Shown here one piece after another: positions 1-10,588 of a stretch of DNA of 64,000 bases. The stretch lies in assembly GCA_007713595.1 (NCBI GenBank), contig VMRY01000015.1, forward strand, positions 2,244 through 66,243. The letters run 5' to 3'. Position numbers and translations under genes: made by a program. The number at the start of each line of letters is the position of its first letter. Position 1 is the first letter of the stretch. The notes below the pieces were generated by a model that worked only from the letters and a program-made list of their open reading frames with translations, made no database searches and was not told where the DNA came from. Source of the stretch: Sedimenticola thiotaurini (GTDB taxonomy: Bacteria; Pseudomonadota; Gammaproteobacteria; Chromatiales; Chromatiaceae).

Positions 1-705
1 AGCATGAACGAACACGTCAGCTATACCGGCGCGGCGGTGTCCATGTATACCCATATGGGCACCCACATCGATTCACTGGTGCACTTTGGTCTGGATGGAA
101 AGACCTGGAATGGTTTCAGTGCGGCTGAACATCTTGGTGATCGCGGCTGGCATATGGGCGGTGCCGAGAATATTCCGCCACTAATCGCTCGCGGCGTATT
201 GATAGATGTCGCCGCCGCCAAGGGACTGGAGATGCTACCAGAAGGCTACAGGGTGACTCGCGAAGACCTGATTCAGGCACTGAAGCAACAAAACACCACG
301 CTCCATGAAGGCGATATCGCGTTGATCCGTACCGGTCGCATGAAACAGTACAGCGATGCTCAGGCCTATATGACCAACCCGCCGGGTCTGGGGCTGGCTG
401 CGGCGCGCTTTCTGGTGGAGGAAAACGGTGTCATGGTGGTCGGTGCCGACAACCTGAGTTTGGAAGCCTTTCCATCCGAGTTGGAAACGGATTATGTACC
501 GGTGCACACCTATCTGCTTGCTGAACAGGGCACACCGATTATCGAGCTTGTATTTCTGGAAGAGTTATCCCGGGACAAGGTCTATGAATTTGCGTTTATC
601 GGTGGATCGCTGAAATTACGTGGGGCCGATGCCGCCCCCATCCGACCAATCGCTATACCGCTGAAGAGATCATTGGGGAATATCGACTTTGGGAGTACTG
701 ACTGA
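1..705 (+). CDS. Cyclase family (kynurenine formamidase-like) metal-dependent hydrolase, probably 5'-truncated by the window edge
   Basis: HMGTHIDSLVH matches the HxGTHxD motif; also has LIRTG and VGADNLSLE segments. The frame is open at position 1. Confidence 0.85.
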   Translation, partial: SMNEHVSYTGAAVSMYTHMGTHIDSLVHFGLDGKTWNGFSAAEHLGDRGWHMGGAENIPPLIARGVLIDVAAAKGLEMLPEGYRVTREDLIQALKQQNTTLHEGDIALIRTGRMKQYSDAQAYMTNPPGLGLAAARFLVEENGVMVVGADNLSLEAFPSELETDYVPVHTYLLAEQGTPIIELVFLEELSRDKVYEFAFIGGSLKLRGADAAPIRPIAIPLKRSLGNIDFGSTD

Positions 706-1670
706 TGAATGCCATCCCTATCACAGAATCACTCAAGCATTCACTGCCCTATTACACACGCTATGCCGCACTGCTGATTTTGCTAATGGCGGGATTACTA
801 CTCGCCATCTCAACCAACCTGGCAAAAGTGGCCCAGAATATCGGTTTCACACCTTTGGCCTACCTTGCCTGGTCATTGGCTGGCGCCTCATTTCTGCTGA
901 CGACTGTCAGCTATTTGCGAGGAAAACCCATTCAATTGAACCGACAAACCATCGAATATTTTGTCGTATCAGGCTTTCTTACCACCGCGGCAACGAACCT
1001 GATTTTTTTCTCTGCCGTCAGGCATATGGGCGTGGGTTTTGTCGCGTTGATGATGGCGTTGCCACCTTTACTGACGTATGTCGGAGCCTTGTTGTTGCAC
1101 ATGGAACGATTCTGCTGGTGGCGGATGATTGGCGTGAGTCTGGCGCTGATCGGAACTGTATTTCTGGTGCTGCAAAAATGGGCATCCCCCAATGTCGATC
1201 CAGTATGGATAGTCATCACCCTGACTGGCCCCATTCTGCTGGCAATCGGCAACCTCTACCGATCGCGCCGTTGGCCTGCGGGTGCGAGTGCTGAATCCCT
1301 GGCTCCAGGCATGCTGCTGAGCGCCCTGGCCATGCTGGTTATGTTCTCATTGCTACCCGGCCGGTCACTCAATATACCCAGCGAAAACGCTAACGCAATT
1401 GCACTACTGGGCGTTCAGGCCATCACTTTTGCAGGCCAGTTCCTGCTGCTGTTTGCGCTGCAAAAACTTGGTGGGCCAGTGTTGCTTAGCCTTATGGGTG
1501 GCGTCAGCGCAATGTTTGGCGTGCCCATAGCAGTGATGTTGCTTGATGAACCATTACTTCCCGCGTTCTTCGTTAGCGCCCTGTTTGTCGGGGCAGGAAT
1601 TGTCTGCATGTTGCGGGGCGCACAAGTCTGTCATGGACATATCACGTTAAGTTCAGAAAAAATAGGTTGA
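705..1670 (+). CDS. DMT/EamA family transporter
   Basis: About 10 hydrophobic helices in two repeats; start overlaps the upstream stop (TGATG). Confidence 0.85.
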   Translation: MNAIPITESLKHSLPYYTRYAALLILLMAGLLLAISTNLAKVAQNIGFTPLAYLAWSLAGASFLLTTVSYLRGKPIQLNRQTIEYFVVSGFLTTAATNLIFFSAVRHMGVGFVALMMALPPLLTYVGALLLHMERFCWWRMIGVSLALIGTVFLVLQKWASPNVDPVWIVITLTGPILLAIGNLYRSRRWPAGASAESLAPGMLLSALAMLVMFSLLPGRSLNIPSENANAIALLGVQAITFAGQFLLLFALQKLGGPVLLSLMGGVSAMFGVPIAVMLLDEPLLPAFFVSALFVGAGIVCMLRGAQVCHGHITLSSEKIG

Positions 1671-2527
1671 TAATCATGGTCACGATAAACGCGCTGAATA
1701 CTCCCGTATATACACAGGATAAAACATTGAAGCTGCACCTCTACCTCGCCTGGGCCTGCCCTTTCTGCCACCGCGTTCTGGCAGCTTTGGTGCTCGCTGG
1801 ATTCAGCGAACAGGTGAGCATCACCTGGATGCGCAATATCAAAAAAGCCGCAGGATGGGAAATCCCCACCGGAGATGATCCGCTGTTTGGAGAAACGACG
1901 CTTGCTCGAATTTATGAAAAACTTAATCCGCATAACAGCCATGCACCTTCAGTGCCTCTGCTGGTCGATCTGAATTCAGAAAAGTTGCTGTCTGCAAGCT
2001 CGACAGAGATAACACGGTTTTTCTCAACAGGAATGAGTGGCGCATACCCGGTGAAGCGGCAATTAGCCCCGTCATTACTCGTCGACAAAATTAACTGCAT
2101 GAACCAGTGGTTACATGAAAACATCAACCGGGCTGTTTACCGGGTTGGCTTCGCCACTGAGCAAAATGACTATGAAATAAAGGCAAGCCAACTGTTCAAG
2201 GCCATTGATAAACTGGAACAGCGATTAGGGCAACAAACATTTTTATTGGGTGATATGCTGACGGAAAGCGATGTGTATCTTCTGGCCACCCTGGTGCGTT
2301 TTGATAGCGTGTACTACCCGTTATTCAGGTGCAGTTATCGGTATATTTCCAGCTATCCAGTACTCAGCGAATATTTAAGCCGTCTTTGTGCAATAGAGGG
2401 TATCGCTGATACTTACAGCATTACGTTGAATAAGCAGCACTACTATTGCAGTGTCATGCACGTTGATGGCGAAATACGTGATCTTAATCCTTCGCGTATT
2501 ATCCCAGTGGCAGCGCAAAATGTTTAA
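1667..2527 (+). CDS. Glutathione S-transferase, glutathionyl-hydroquinone reductase (YqjG/Xi-like) family
   Basis: YLAWACPFCHR, SVPLLVD, INRAVYRVGFATEQ and TESDVYLLATLVRFDSVY are typical GHR-family segments. Confidence 0.85.
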   Translation: MIIMVTINALNTPVYTQDKTLKLHLYLAWACPFCHRVLAALVLAGFSEQVSITWMRNIKKAAGWEIPTGDDPLFGETTLARIYEKLNPHNSHAPSVPLLVDLNSEKLLSASSTEITRFFSTGMSGAYPVKRQLAPSLLVDKINCMNQWLHENINRAVYRVGFATEQNDYEIKASQLFKAIDKLEQRLGQQTFLLGDMLTESDVYLLATLVRFDSVYYPLFRCSYRYISSYPVLSEYLSRLCAIEGIADTYSITLNKQHYYCSVMHVDGEIRDLNPSRIIPVAAQNV

Positions 2528-2541
2528 AAGGTAGTCAATGG

Positions 2542-3237
2542 ATGAGTGATAAAAAAATCTGCATTGTGGGCGCTTCCGGTAAACTGGGTCAGTATATAAT
2601 TCAACATGCCCTCGATCAGGGATATAAAGTCGTCGGCGTTTGCCGGGAAAAAAGCGTTTACAAGCTGTCGAGATATAAAGATCGTATCACCGTCATTCCA
2701 GGCCCAACAAATGATCGTAATGTTATTCAAAAAGCAGTACAGGGGTGTGATGGTATACTTACTGTACTGGTACCCTGGGGTGTTCAACAATACTCAACGG
2801 GAACAGCCCAGGCAGTGCTCGATTTTGCCGAACCGCAGGCGCGGCTGATTTTTTCCTGCGGCTGGCACATCACCAAAGATGGTAAAGACAGATACTCATG
2901 GCGACTCAAAGCCTTCGTTAAATTTTTTGGCTGGGTAGCCAGAGCTATTCGCTTAGCTGACCTCGACGATCAGGTAGAGGCGTGCCGACGAATATTTTCC
3001 AGCGACAGCCGCTGGACGGTGGTACGTGGCAGCGATCTCGAAGAAGGTGAAAGTCAGGGTTTACCGGTTTGGAGTGAGCATGCGGGCGACCAGATTCTGG
3101 ACAGTAATCTTACCCGAAGAACAGATTTTGCTCTATTTATGGTTCACGCGCTTAAAAACGATATGCTCATCCACGAAGCGCCGGCAATCGTCAGCTGCAA
3201 ATCTCCATCAGCATTGGCGTATTCAGGCAGCAATTAA
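2542..3237 (+). CDS. NAD(P)-binding oxidoreductase (atypical SDR, flavin-reductase-like)
   Basis: N-terminal Rossmann motif IVGASGKLG; WTVVRG and TRRTDFALFM. Confidence 0.85.
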   Translation: MSDKKICIVGASGKLGQYIIQHALDQGYKVVGVCREKSVYKLSRYKDRITVIPGPTNDRNVIQKAVQGCDGILTVLVPWGVQQYSTGTAQAVLDFAEPQARLIFSCGWHITKDGKDRYSWRLKAFVKFFGWVARAIRLADLDDQVEACRRIFSSDSRWTVVRGSDLEEGESQGLPVWSEHAGDQILDSNLTRRTDFALFMVHALKNDMLIHEAPAIVSCKSPSALAYSGSN

Positions 3238-3451
3238 TCCGGTTCGCTCTGGAACAGCTTATCGCTTTGCACGTGAGCACGAGTAGTTCAAGCTCTTTGA
3301 TACCATGTCAGCATCAATTTTTCCTCATGGTATCGATGTTCTCTGCTTTGCCACATAAAATAAATACCATGAAACATGCCATTGATAATGCAGATTGTAT
3401 TATCGATTAGGTAATTTTCATTATTATATTTCCATGAGTTAAAAATTTTTC

Positions 3452-3470
3452 TCACTCCCACTCGATTGTA
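3452..3470 (-). repeat. Copy of the guaA 3' end (att core, distal copy)
   Basis: TCACTCCCACTCGATTGTA at 3452-3470 versus TCACTCCCACTCAATTGTA at 7324-7342; 18/19 identical, direct orientation. Confidence 0.85.
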
Positions 3471-3493
3471 AACGAGCCATTTTTGCAATTTAT

Positions 3494-3506
3494 AATCAAT
3501 GGCTTA
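3494..3506 (+). promoter_or_regulatory. IHF consensus site next to the att core
   Basis: AATCAA-TGGC-TTA matches WATCAANNNNTTR and lies between the core and the ATACCAT repeats at 3526 and 3538. Confidence 0.55.
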
Positions 3507-3677
3507 CTTGTAGGCGCTGGTGGTAATACCATACTAAATACCATGTTCATAAATTCTTTGAAATGGCTCATTTTCTCCATAAATCCGTAAGTACTCAATG
3601 TCTCTTTCGAACACTATTCCGTAAGGATATCTGCTTTGATTGTGCAAGCCTGATTGGGCTACGACTAAAAAAACCTG

Positions 3678-3706
3678 TTGTCTTAGTCCCATTTTGGGAC
3701 TATTAT
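3678..3706 (+). promoter_or_regulatory. higBA sigma70 promoter with palindromic operator
   Basis: TTGTCT-N17-TATTAT; palindrome TAGTCCCA-TTT-TGGGACTA at 3684-3702; ATG 7 nt after the -10 box. Confidence 0.7.
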
Positions 3707-3713
3707 TTAAAGC

Positions 3714-4016
3714 ATGCGAATCATTGCACTGTCGACGCTGAAAGCCTTCTGGGAAGAGAACCCGGAGTATCACGATGCCAAGGAGCCAACATTGGCTTGG
3801 CACCGTCATGCTTTGCATGCCGACTGGAATTCACCTGCTGAGGTAAAGCAGGACTTCAGAAATGCCAGCATCCTTAAAGATGGCCGAGTGGTGTTCAATA
3901 TTGCGGGGAATAAGTATCGACTTGTCGTCTGGATCAACTACGCCTACGGGGTTGTATACATCCGCTTTATTGGCACTCACGCTCGGTACGACAAGATTGA
4001 TGTGCTAACCATTTAA
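3714..4016 (+). CDS. higB: Type II toxin HigB (mRNA interferase)
   Basis: MRIIA..L..FW start; VFNIAGNKYRLV and FIGTHARYDKID are diagnostic of HigB. Confidence 0.92.
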   Translation: MRIIALSTLKAFWEENPEYHDAKEPTLAWHRHALHADWNSPAEVKQDFRNASILKDGRVVFNIAGNKYRLVVWINYAYGVVYIRFIGTHARYDKIDVLTI

Positions 4017-4033
4017 CCGCCAGAGGACTGATT

Positions 4034-4402
4034 ATGGACATCAAACCGATTAAAACTGATGCCGACTACCGCGCGGCATTAAAAGAAGTTGAAAGCCTGA
4101 TGATGGCAGGGCCTGATACGCCAGAAGGCGAAAAGCTGGATGTCATGGTTACTCTCATTGAGGCCTATGAATCCAAGCACTTTCCGATGGACTTGCCTGA
4201 TCCTGTTGAGGCGATCAAGTTCGAAATGGAACGCAAGGGCTTAACCGTAAAAGACCTGGAGCCGATGATCGGCAAAAGTAATCGCGTTTACGAGATCTTA
4301 AATCACAAGCGCTCGCTGACTTTGAAGATGATCTGGAAGCTCCACGAAGGTTTGGGTATTCCGGCTGAGTCGCTGATCAAACCACCTCAAGTTCATGCCT
4401 GA
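4034..4402 (+). CDS. higA: Antitoxin HigA (HTH XRE)
   Basis: LIEAYE..H, PDPVEAIKFEME and SEIL-like YEILNHKRSLT HTH; lies downstream of the toxin. Confidence 0.92.
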   Translation: MDIKPIKTDADYRAALKEVESLMMAGPDTPEGEKLDVMVTLIEAYESKHFPMDLPDPVEAIKFEMERKGLTVKDLEPMIGKSNRVYEILNHKRSLTLKMIWKLHEGLGIPAESLIKPPQVHA

Positions 4403-4583
4403 TCAATATCGCAGCGGAGATAAATTTCATGATATCTCCGCTATAGATTCGAGGCTGGCCGAACTTGAACAGGAAAAGCAGCCGCTCATCGCGCTCAGAA
4501 AGCATAAATCGGGTATCAATCGGGGACAGACAAGAATTTTGTTCTGATTATTGAGTGAGGCCGCAGGCGGACCAGGCGCAACA

Positions 4584-6845
4584 TCATGACGGCAGTTTTG
4601 CGTCGGGACGCAACGCCAGCATGAACACCAGGTAGATACCCAGCACCACCCACAAGGTGGTGGCCGCCTCGACATACGGCGAACCACCGTGCGACATGCC
4701 GAACAGGAATACGATCACCACGCCGGCCAGTGCGGCGAGAATAGCGAACAGGATGCCCATGGCAATTTTCCAGCCACTGAGCACTTCGCCCCGTTCACGC
4801 CGCTTCCGGCCGGGGCGCATCAGGAAAAAACCCGCCAGCAACACCACCGGGTAGGTATACAGGGTCAGGTTGAACAGCAATGCGTTGCGGTACAGGCTGT
4901 TTTCCATGCGTACCAGGAACGGGGTCCTGACACCCTGTCGAGCCAGCATCGCCCAGGCCGCATGGCGAATGTCGTAATCCTCGTTTTGCGTACCCTGCCT
5001 GAGCATCGCCTGGTCGACCGTGATGCTGTGCTGTCGCGAGCCGGCAGCCAGGCGATGCCAGATAGCCTGTTGCAAGGCCAGTGAGAATGTCTGGTAGCGA
5101 GGCAGCAGGCGCTGCGCAACGCCGGCCGCATCCTGCAGGGCGATACGCCGCAATACCTCCAGCCGCACCTGTTCGTCGAAAGTTTTGTCTTCAAACAGGC
5201 TGTACATGAATTCGAGTTGATCCAGTCCTTGCTGACCGGCATGCCGCAAAATGGCATCCAGCGCGAGCCCGGAAAGTGATCCGCGCGAGTTAACCAGGTC
5301 TTTTTTGAGCAGCGCTATGACCGGCTGATAGCGGCTGATCGAGTCATCATCCGGCAAGGACACCAGCACTGCACGCAGCAGCCCGCCGTTGTCGTGCTGA
5401 TCGAGCTCCCCGATGGCCAGTTGCACGGCCAGTAGCATGTTGTCCGGCGTAAACACCCGGTTATAGGCCAGGGTTTCGAGCACCGGCAACCGCAGCTTCC
5501 TGGAGGCCGGCGTCTGGTCATCCAGCGTCATGACAAGCAAATCATGTATCAAGTCATCGGAAAAAACCGCCTGGCCATCGCCGGGCTGTTTTTGCAAAGC
5601 GCGCCGGCTGTCGCTGTCGACAAACAGGTTGCGCAATTCATGTAGGTTTTTATAAAAGTCCGGGTATTGCATATAGGTACGCAAAAGGGTTTCCAGGGTC
5701 TGGTCGTCCAGTCCATGCAGTCGTTTTTCGCGCAGCAATATGCCAACCGGCGACACTGTCCGGCTGGCTGTCCTGAGCTGGCGGGACTGCTGCTCCAGCC
5801 GTAACAACTGTTGTATTTCGTCCGCATCCAGCGCTCGTTGTGAAACGATATCGCCGAACTGTCTCACTTGCGCGTCCAACACCTTGCGCTTGCCGGCCTC
5901 GTCCAGCCCACTGAACATCGACTTGCGCAGCTTTGCCTGACTTTGGGCCTGGCTGTCGAGCTGGATCGCCAGGCTGGACAAGGCGTCGCTGCATTGTTTG
6001 ATCAGCGTGTCGTCCTCAACCGTGGCGCAGTAGTCCTGCACCAGGCCGGCGCCATGGGCGGTTCTTTTTTCAGCGCGGATATACCAGTCCGTCAGCGCGT
6101 TCAGGGCCCGCCCCCTGAAATCACTTTTTTCATGCTCGCGGGCAACATGCCACAACAGCTGTTCGCTGCGTGCGGCATCGAAGATCAACTGCTGGCGTAT
6201 GATTCTCAACAGCGCATAGTCACGCTGGTAGCGGGTCGGTATGCTGAACGAATCCTTGACGAACTGCATGGCGGTATCGGGCAGCCACTGCACCGCCGAC
6301 CAGTGATCGAACATGGAATGATAAAAACCGATGCTGCTGTCACGGACATCCGGGTTCTGTCGCAACTGCCCGACAAGCCGGTTGGCATAACTCGCCACGC
6401 TGAGCGTGTCCGCGTCGACCAGGCGCTGTTTTTTGCTGACCGCCTCCAGTACCGCGGCCAGCCGATGATGCCAGTAACCCTGGCGCTGCTCGCAGGCCAA
6501 TGTCTGCTCGACCAGCGCATGCAGAGGCCCAGGCTGCAGATCAGAAAAGCCAATAAAGTCCAGCAGGGCCTGGATCACCGGGCGGACATACTGTGACGAG
6601 TTGACACCGCTTTGGTCGTGTTGCGGCAGGCAGGCATACTCGATCAGGGGCAGCAAGGCCGACTGCTCGGTCTTTGCCCGCAGCACCAGGCCGGTGATGG
6701 CCGCTTCGTGCTGATCCGCCGAACCCAGCTTATCTACCAGCCCGCTGAATGAAGATGCCGCCATGACCTCCTGGTCTTCGGCATTTGCCATGCAAACCGC
6801 AAGCAACAACACCAGCATGACAAAGCATCGATTAGATAATGACAT
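4584..6845 (-). CDS. Hypothetical secreted/membrane-anchored alpha-helical (HEAT-like) protein, about 750 aa
   Basis: Long ORF with a signal-peptide-like N-terminus (LVLLLAVCMANA), a Leu/Ala-rich helical body and three C-terminal TM segments; GGAGG upstream of ATG 6845. Confidence 0.7.
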   Translation of the reverse strand: MSLSNRCFVMLVLLLAVCMANAEDQEVMAASSFSGLVDKLGSADQHEAAITGLVLRAKTEQSALLPLIEYACLPQHDQSGVNSSQYVRPVIQALLDFIGFSDLQPGPLHALVEQTLACEQRQGYWHHRLAAVLEAVSKKQRLVDADTLSVASYANRLVGQLRQNPDVRDSSIGFYHSMFDHWSAVQWLPDTAMQFVKDSFSIPTRYQRDYALLRIIRQQLIFDAARSEQLLWHVAREHEKSDFRGRALNALTDWYIRAEKRTAHGAGLVQDYCATVEDDTLIKQCSDALSSLAIQLDSQAQSQAKLRKSMFSGLDEAGKRKVLDAQVRQFGDIVSQRALDADEIQQLLRLEQQSRQLRTASRTVSPVGILLREKRLHGLDDQTLETLLRTYMQYPDFYKNLHELRNLFVDSDSRRALQKQPGDGQAVFSDDLIHDLLVMTLDDQTPASRKLRLPVLETLAYNRVFTPDNMLLAVQLAIGELDQHDNGGLLRAVLVSLPDDDSISRYQPVIALLKKDLVNSRGSLSGLALDAILRHAGQQGLDQLEFMYSLFEDKTFDEQVRLEVLRRIALQDAAGVAQRLLPRYQTFSLALQQAIWHRLAAGSRQHSITVDQAMLRQGTQNEDYDIRHAAWAMLARQGVRTPFLVRMENSLYRNALLFNLTLYTYPVVLLAGFFLMRPGRKRRERGEVLSGWKIAMGILFAILAALAGVVIVFLFGMSHGGSPYVEAATTLWVVLGIYLVFMLALRPDAKLPS

Positions 6846-7064
6846 AACCCGGCATGACCTCCCTGTAATGTTGTTATTGCCCAAAGCATACAGACCTTGC
6901 CGGGCATGACAAAGCCGGGAGTATAGGAAGAATAAACGTCCATTTCACCCACATCTAACAGTTTTTGACTGCTGTTGACTCTCTCGGCAACCGTGCAATG
7001 CACCCCGAATCTGGCTGACGGGGAAACAGCAACGTTGAAAACTCGACCTCGGCTCCACACAATC

Positions 7065-7175
7065 CATGCCCTTGACAGCTGTATTGCCGCGATGAAACAG
7101 ACAGGACTAGAAATGTCGCAGGAGTTCAAGGAAACCTCGCTGGGAGGCCTTGTAGTCAGCATTACTGAGCGCTGA
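7065..7175 (+). pseudogene. 3'-terminal remnant of L-serine dehydratase (sdaA-like)
   Basis: LDSCIAAMKQTGLEMSQEFKETSLGGLVVSITE matches the SdaA C-terminal LD..I..M..TG..M...YKETS.GGL motif; no upstream body. Confidence 0.75.
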
Positions 7176-7323
7176 CATCATTGGAAGCGGAACTTACCAG
7201 ACAAAATAAATCAGGAGAACGAGGATTATACGAAGTATATTTTTCATCACCCCGATCCTGTTGGCATGATTTATACCATTGAAAAAGTTTGCTTGGCGGT
7301 GCCCGCCAGTGCCAGACCTGGAA

Positions 7324-8907
7324 TCACTCCCACTCAATTGTAGCCGGCGGCTTGCTGGATATGTCATAGGCCACACGGGAGATACCTGTGACTTCGTTGA
7401 TGATACGGCGGGATACCAGCTCCAGGAATTCAAATGGCAGGTGGGCAAACCGGGCAGTCATGAAGTCAACAGTCTCTACTGCACGCAGAGAGACCACATA
7501 CTCATAGCGACGCGCATCACCCACTACACCCACCGACTTGACCGGCAGAAATACTGCAAAGGCCTGGCTCACCTGATCATAGAGATCATGATTGCGCAGT
7601 TCCTGAATAAAGATATGATCCGCCTGCCGCAGGATATCGGCATAGGACTTCTTCACTTCACCCAGGATGCGTACGCCCAGACCAGGTCCTGGGAAGGGGT
7701 GGCGATAGACCATCTCAGAAGGCAAACCAAGCTCAACACCAATCTTGCGCACTTCGTCCTTGAACAGTTCACGCAGCGGCTCAACCAGCTTGAGCTTCAT
7801 GTAGTCCGGAAGCCCACCCACATTGTGGTGTGACTTGATCACATGGGCCTTACCTGACTTGGCACCGGCTGATTCGATCACATCCGGATAGATCGTTCCC
7901 TGTGCCAGGTAATCCACGCCTTGCAGCTTGGTCGCCTCCTCTTCGAAGATATCGATAAACAGGTTACCGATAATCTTGCGTTTCTTCTCTGGATCATTCT
8001 CGCCAGCCAGTGCATCCAGGAATCGTTGCTCTGCATCTACGCGAATCACCTTAACACCCATATGCTGGGCAAAGGTGGCCATAACCTGGTCACCTTCATG
8101 CAGGCGTAAAAGACCGTTATCAACAAAAATACAGGTCAGACGATCACCGATCGCCTTATGCAACATGGCCGCTACAACTGAAGAGTCAACACCACCGGAT
8201 AAACCAAGCAGTACCTTACCCTGCTCGCCCACCATCTCGCGGACATGGGTTATGCTGTCTTCAATAATACTGGCGGGGTTCCAGAGCGCCTCACAGCCAC
8301 AGATCTCAAAGAGGAAACGCTCAAGAATTCGCCCGCCCTGACGAGTGTGAGTCACCTCCGGATGGAACTGAATGCCATAAAATCCGCGCGACTCATCAGC
8401 CATACCCGCCAATGGCGCATTATCAGTTTCAGCAATAACCGTAAAGCCTTCTGGCAACACCTCGACCCGATCACCGTGACTCATCCAGACGTCAAGCAGT
8501 CCATAGCCTTCCGATGTGGTGTGATCTTCGATATCACGCAGCAGCTTGGAATGGCCTCTGGCCCTGACTTGGGCATAGCCATATTCATGGGCATCTGAAC
8601 CAGCAACCTTGCCACCGAGTTGTGCCGCCATCGCCTGCATGCCATAACAGATACCCAGCACTGGCACACCCAGTTCAAACACCCTATCCGGGACCCGGGG
8701 TGTGTCATCGGCCGTCACCGATTCCGGCCCGCCCGAGAGAATTACACCTACAGGGTTTTGTTCTTTAATCGCCTCTTCACAGTTATCGTAGGGCCAGATC
8801 TCACAATAGACTCCTGCCTCGCGAACGCGCCGGGCGATCAGCTGAGTATATTGAGATCCGAAATCAAGGATCATGATGCGGTGTGCGTGGATATCCTGAT
8901 TAGTCAT
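7324..8907 (-). CDS. guaA: GMP synthase (glutamine-hydrolysing)
   Basis: [31 protein letters not shown] and KPPATIEWE. Confidence 0.99.
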   Translation of the reverse strand: MTNQDIHAHRIMILDFGSQYTQLIARRVREAGVYCEIWPYDNCEEAIKEQNPVGVILSGGPESVTADDTPRVPDRVFELGVPVLGICYGMQAMAAQLGGKVAGSDAHEYGYAQVRARGHSKLLRDIEDHTTSEGYGLLDVWMSHGDRVEVLPEGFTVIAETDNAPLAGMADESRGFYGIQFHPEVTHTRQGGRILERFLFEICGCEALWNPASIIEDSITHVREMVGEQGKVLLGLSGGVDSSVVAAMLHKAIGDRLTCIFVDNGLLRLHEGDQVMATFAQHMGVKVIRVDAEQRFLDALAGENDPEKKRKIIGNLFIDIFEEEATKLQGVDYLAQGTIYPDVIESAGAKSGKAHVIKSHHNVGGLPDYMKLKLVEPLRELFKDEVRKIGVELGLPSEMVYRHPFPGPGLGVRILGEVKKSYADILRQADHIFIQELRNHDLYDQVSQAFAVFLPVKSVGVVGDARRYEYVVSLRAVETVDFMTARFAHLPFEFLELVSRRIINEVTGISRVAYDISSKPPATIEWE

Positions 8908-9002
8908 AGTCGCTTTCCAACTGTTCTGAAACGAAAGAACCGCAGAATGGTAAGAATCTCACTCCAACCCTCCTGCGGTTTTAAATTTTGCCTTTTAGCC
9001 CA

Positions 9003-10496
<1,494 letters not shown>

Positions 10497-10588
10497 TCAG
10501 TAAACAGAGTATTATAAAATCTTGGCAATTCGAGGTAAACTCAAATTAGCAATTAATTATAGGCAAACTGGCCAAAAAAGACGGATTT

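Larger units (their letters stand above)
3452..7342. mobile_element. guaA-integrated genomic islet with no integrase inside
   Basis: Flanked by the 19-bp direct repeat containing GAGTGGGA; carries a TA pair, a GC-rich orphan gene and a gene remnant. Confidence 0.7.

Noticed and set aside
4657-6596. Opposite-strand ORFs of 65-242 aa over the orphan gene
   Set aside because: Shadow frames of GC-rich coding DNA, with no motifs or RBS.
6848-6911. Short repeats CCGGCATGAC/CGGGCATGAC resembling a REP remnant
   Set aside because: Only two degenerate 10-11-mers and no full palindrome.
7176-7323. Possible IS481-like or integrase remnant (GLYEVYF...GMIY) next to guaA
   Set aside because: Too short and frameshifted, with no terminal repeats; cannot be supported without a search.
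7279-7833. 184-aa plus-strand ORF over guaA, and similar antisense ORFs over core genes
   Set aside because: Antisense shadows of well-conserved genes.
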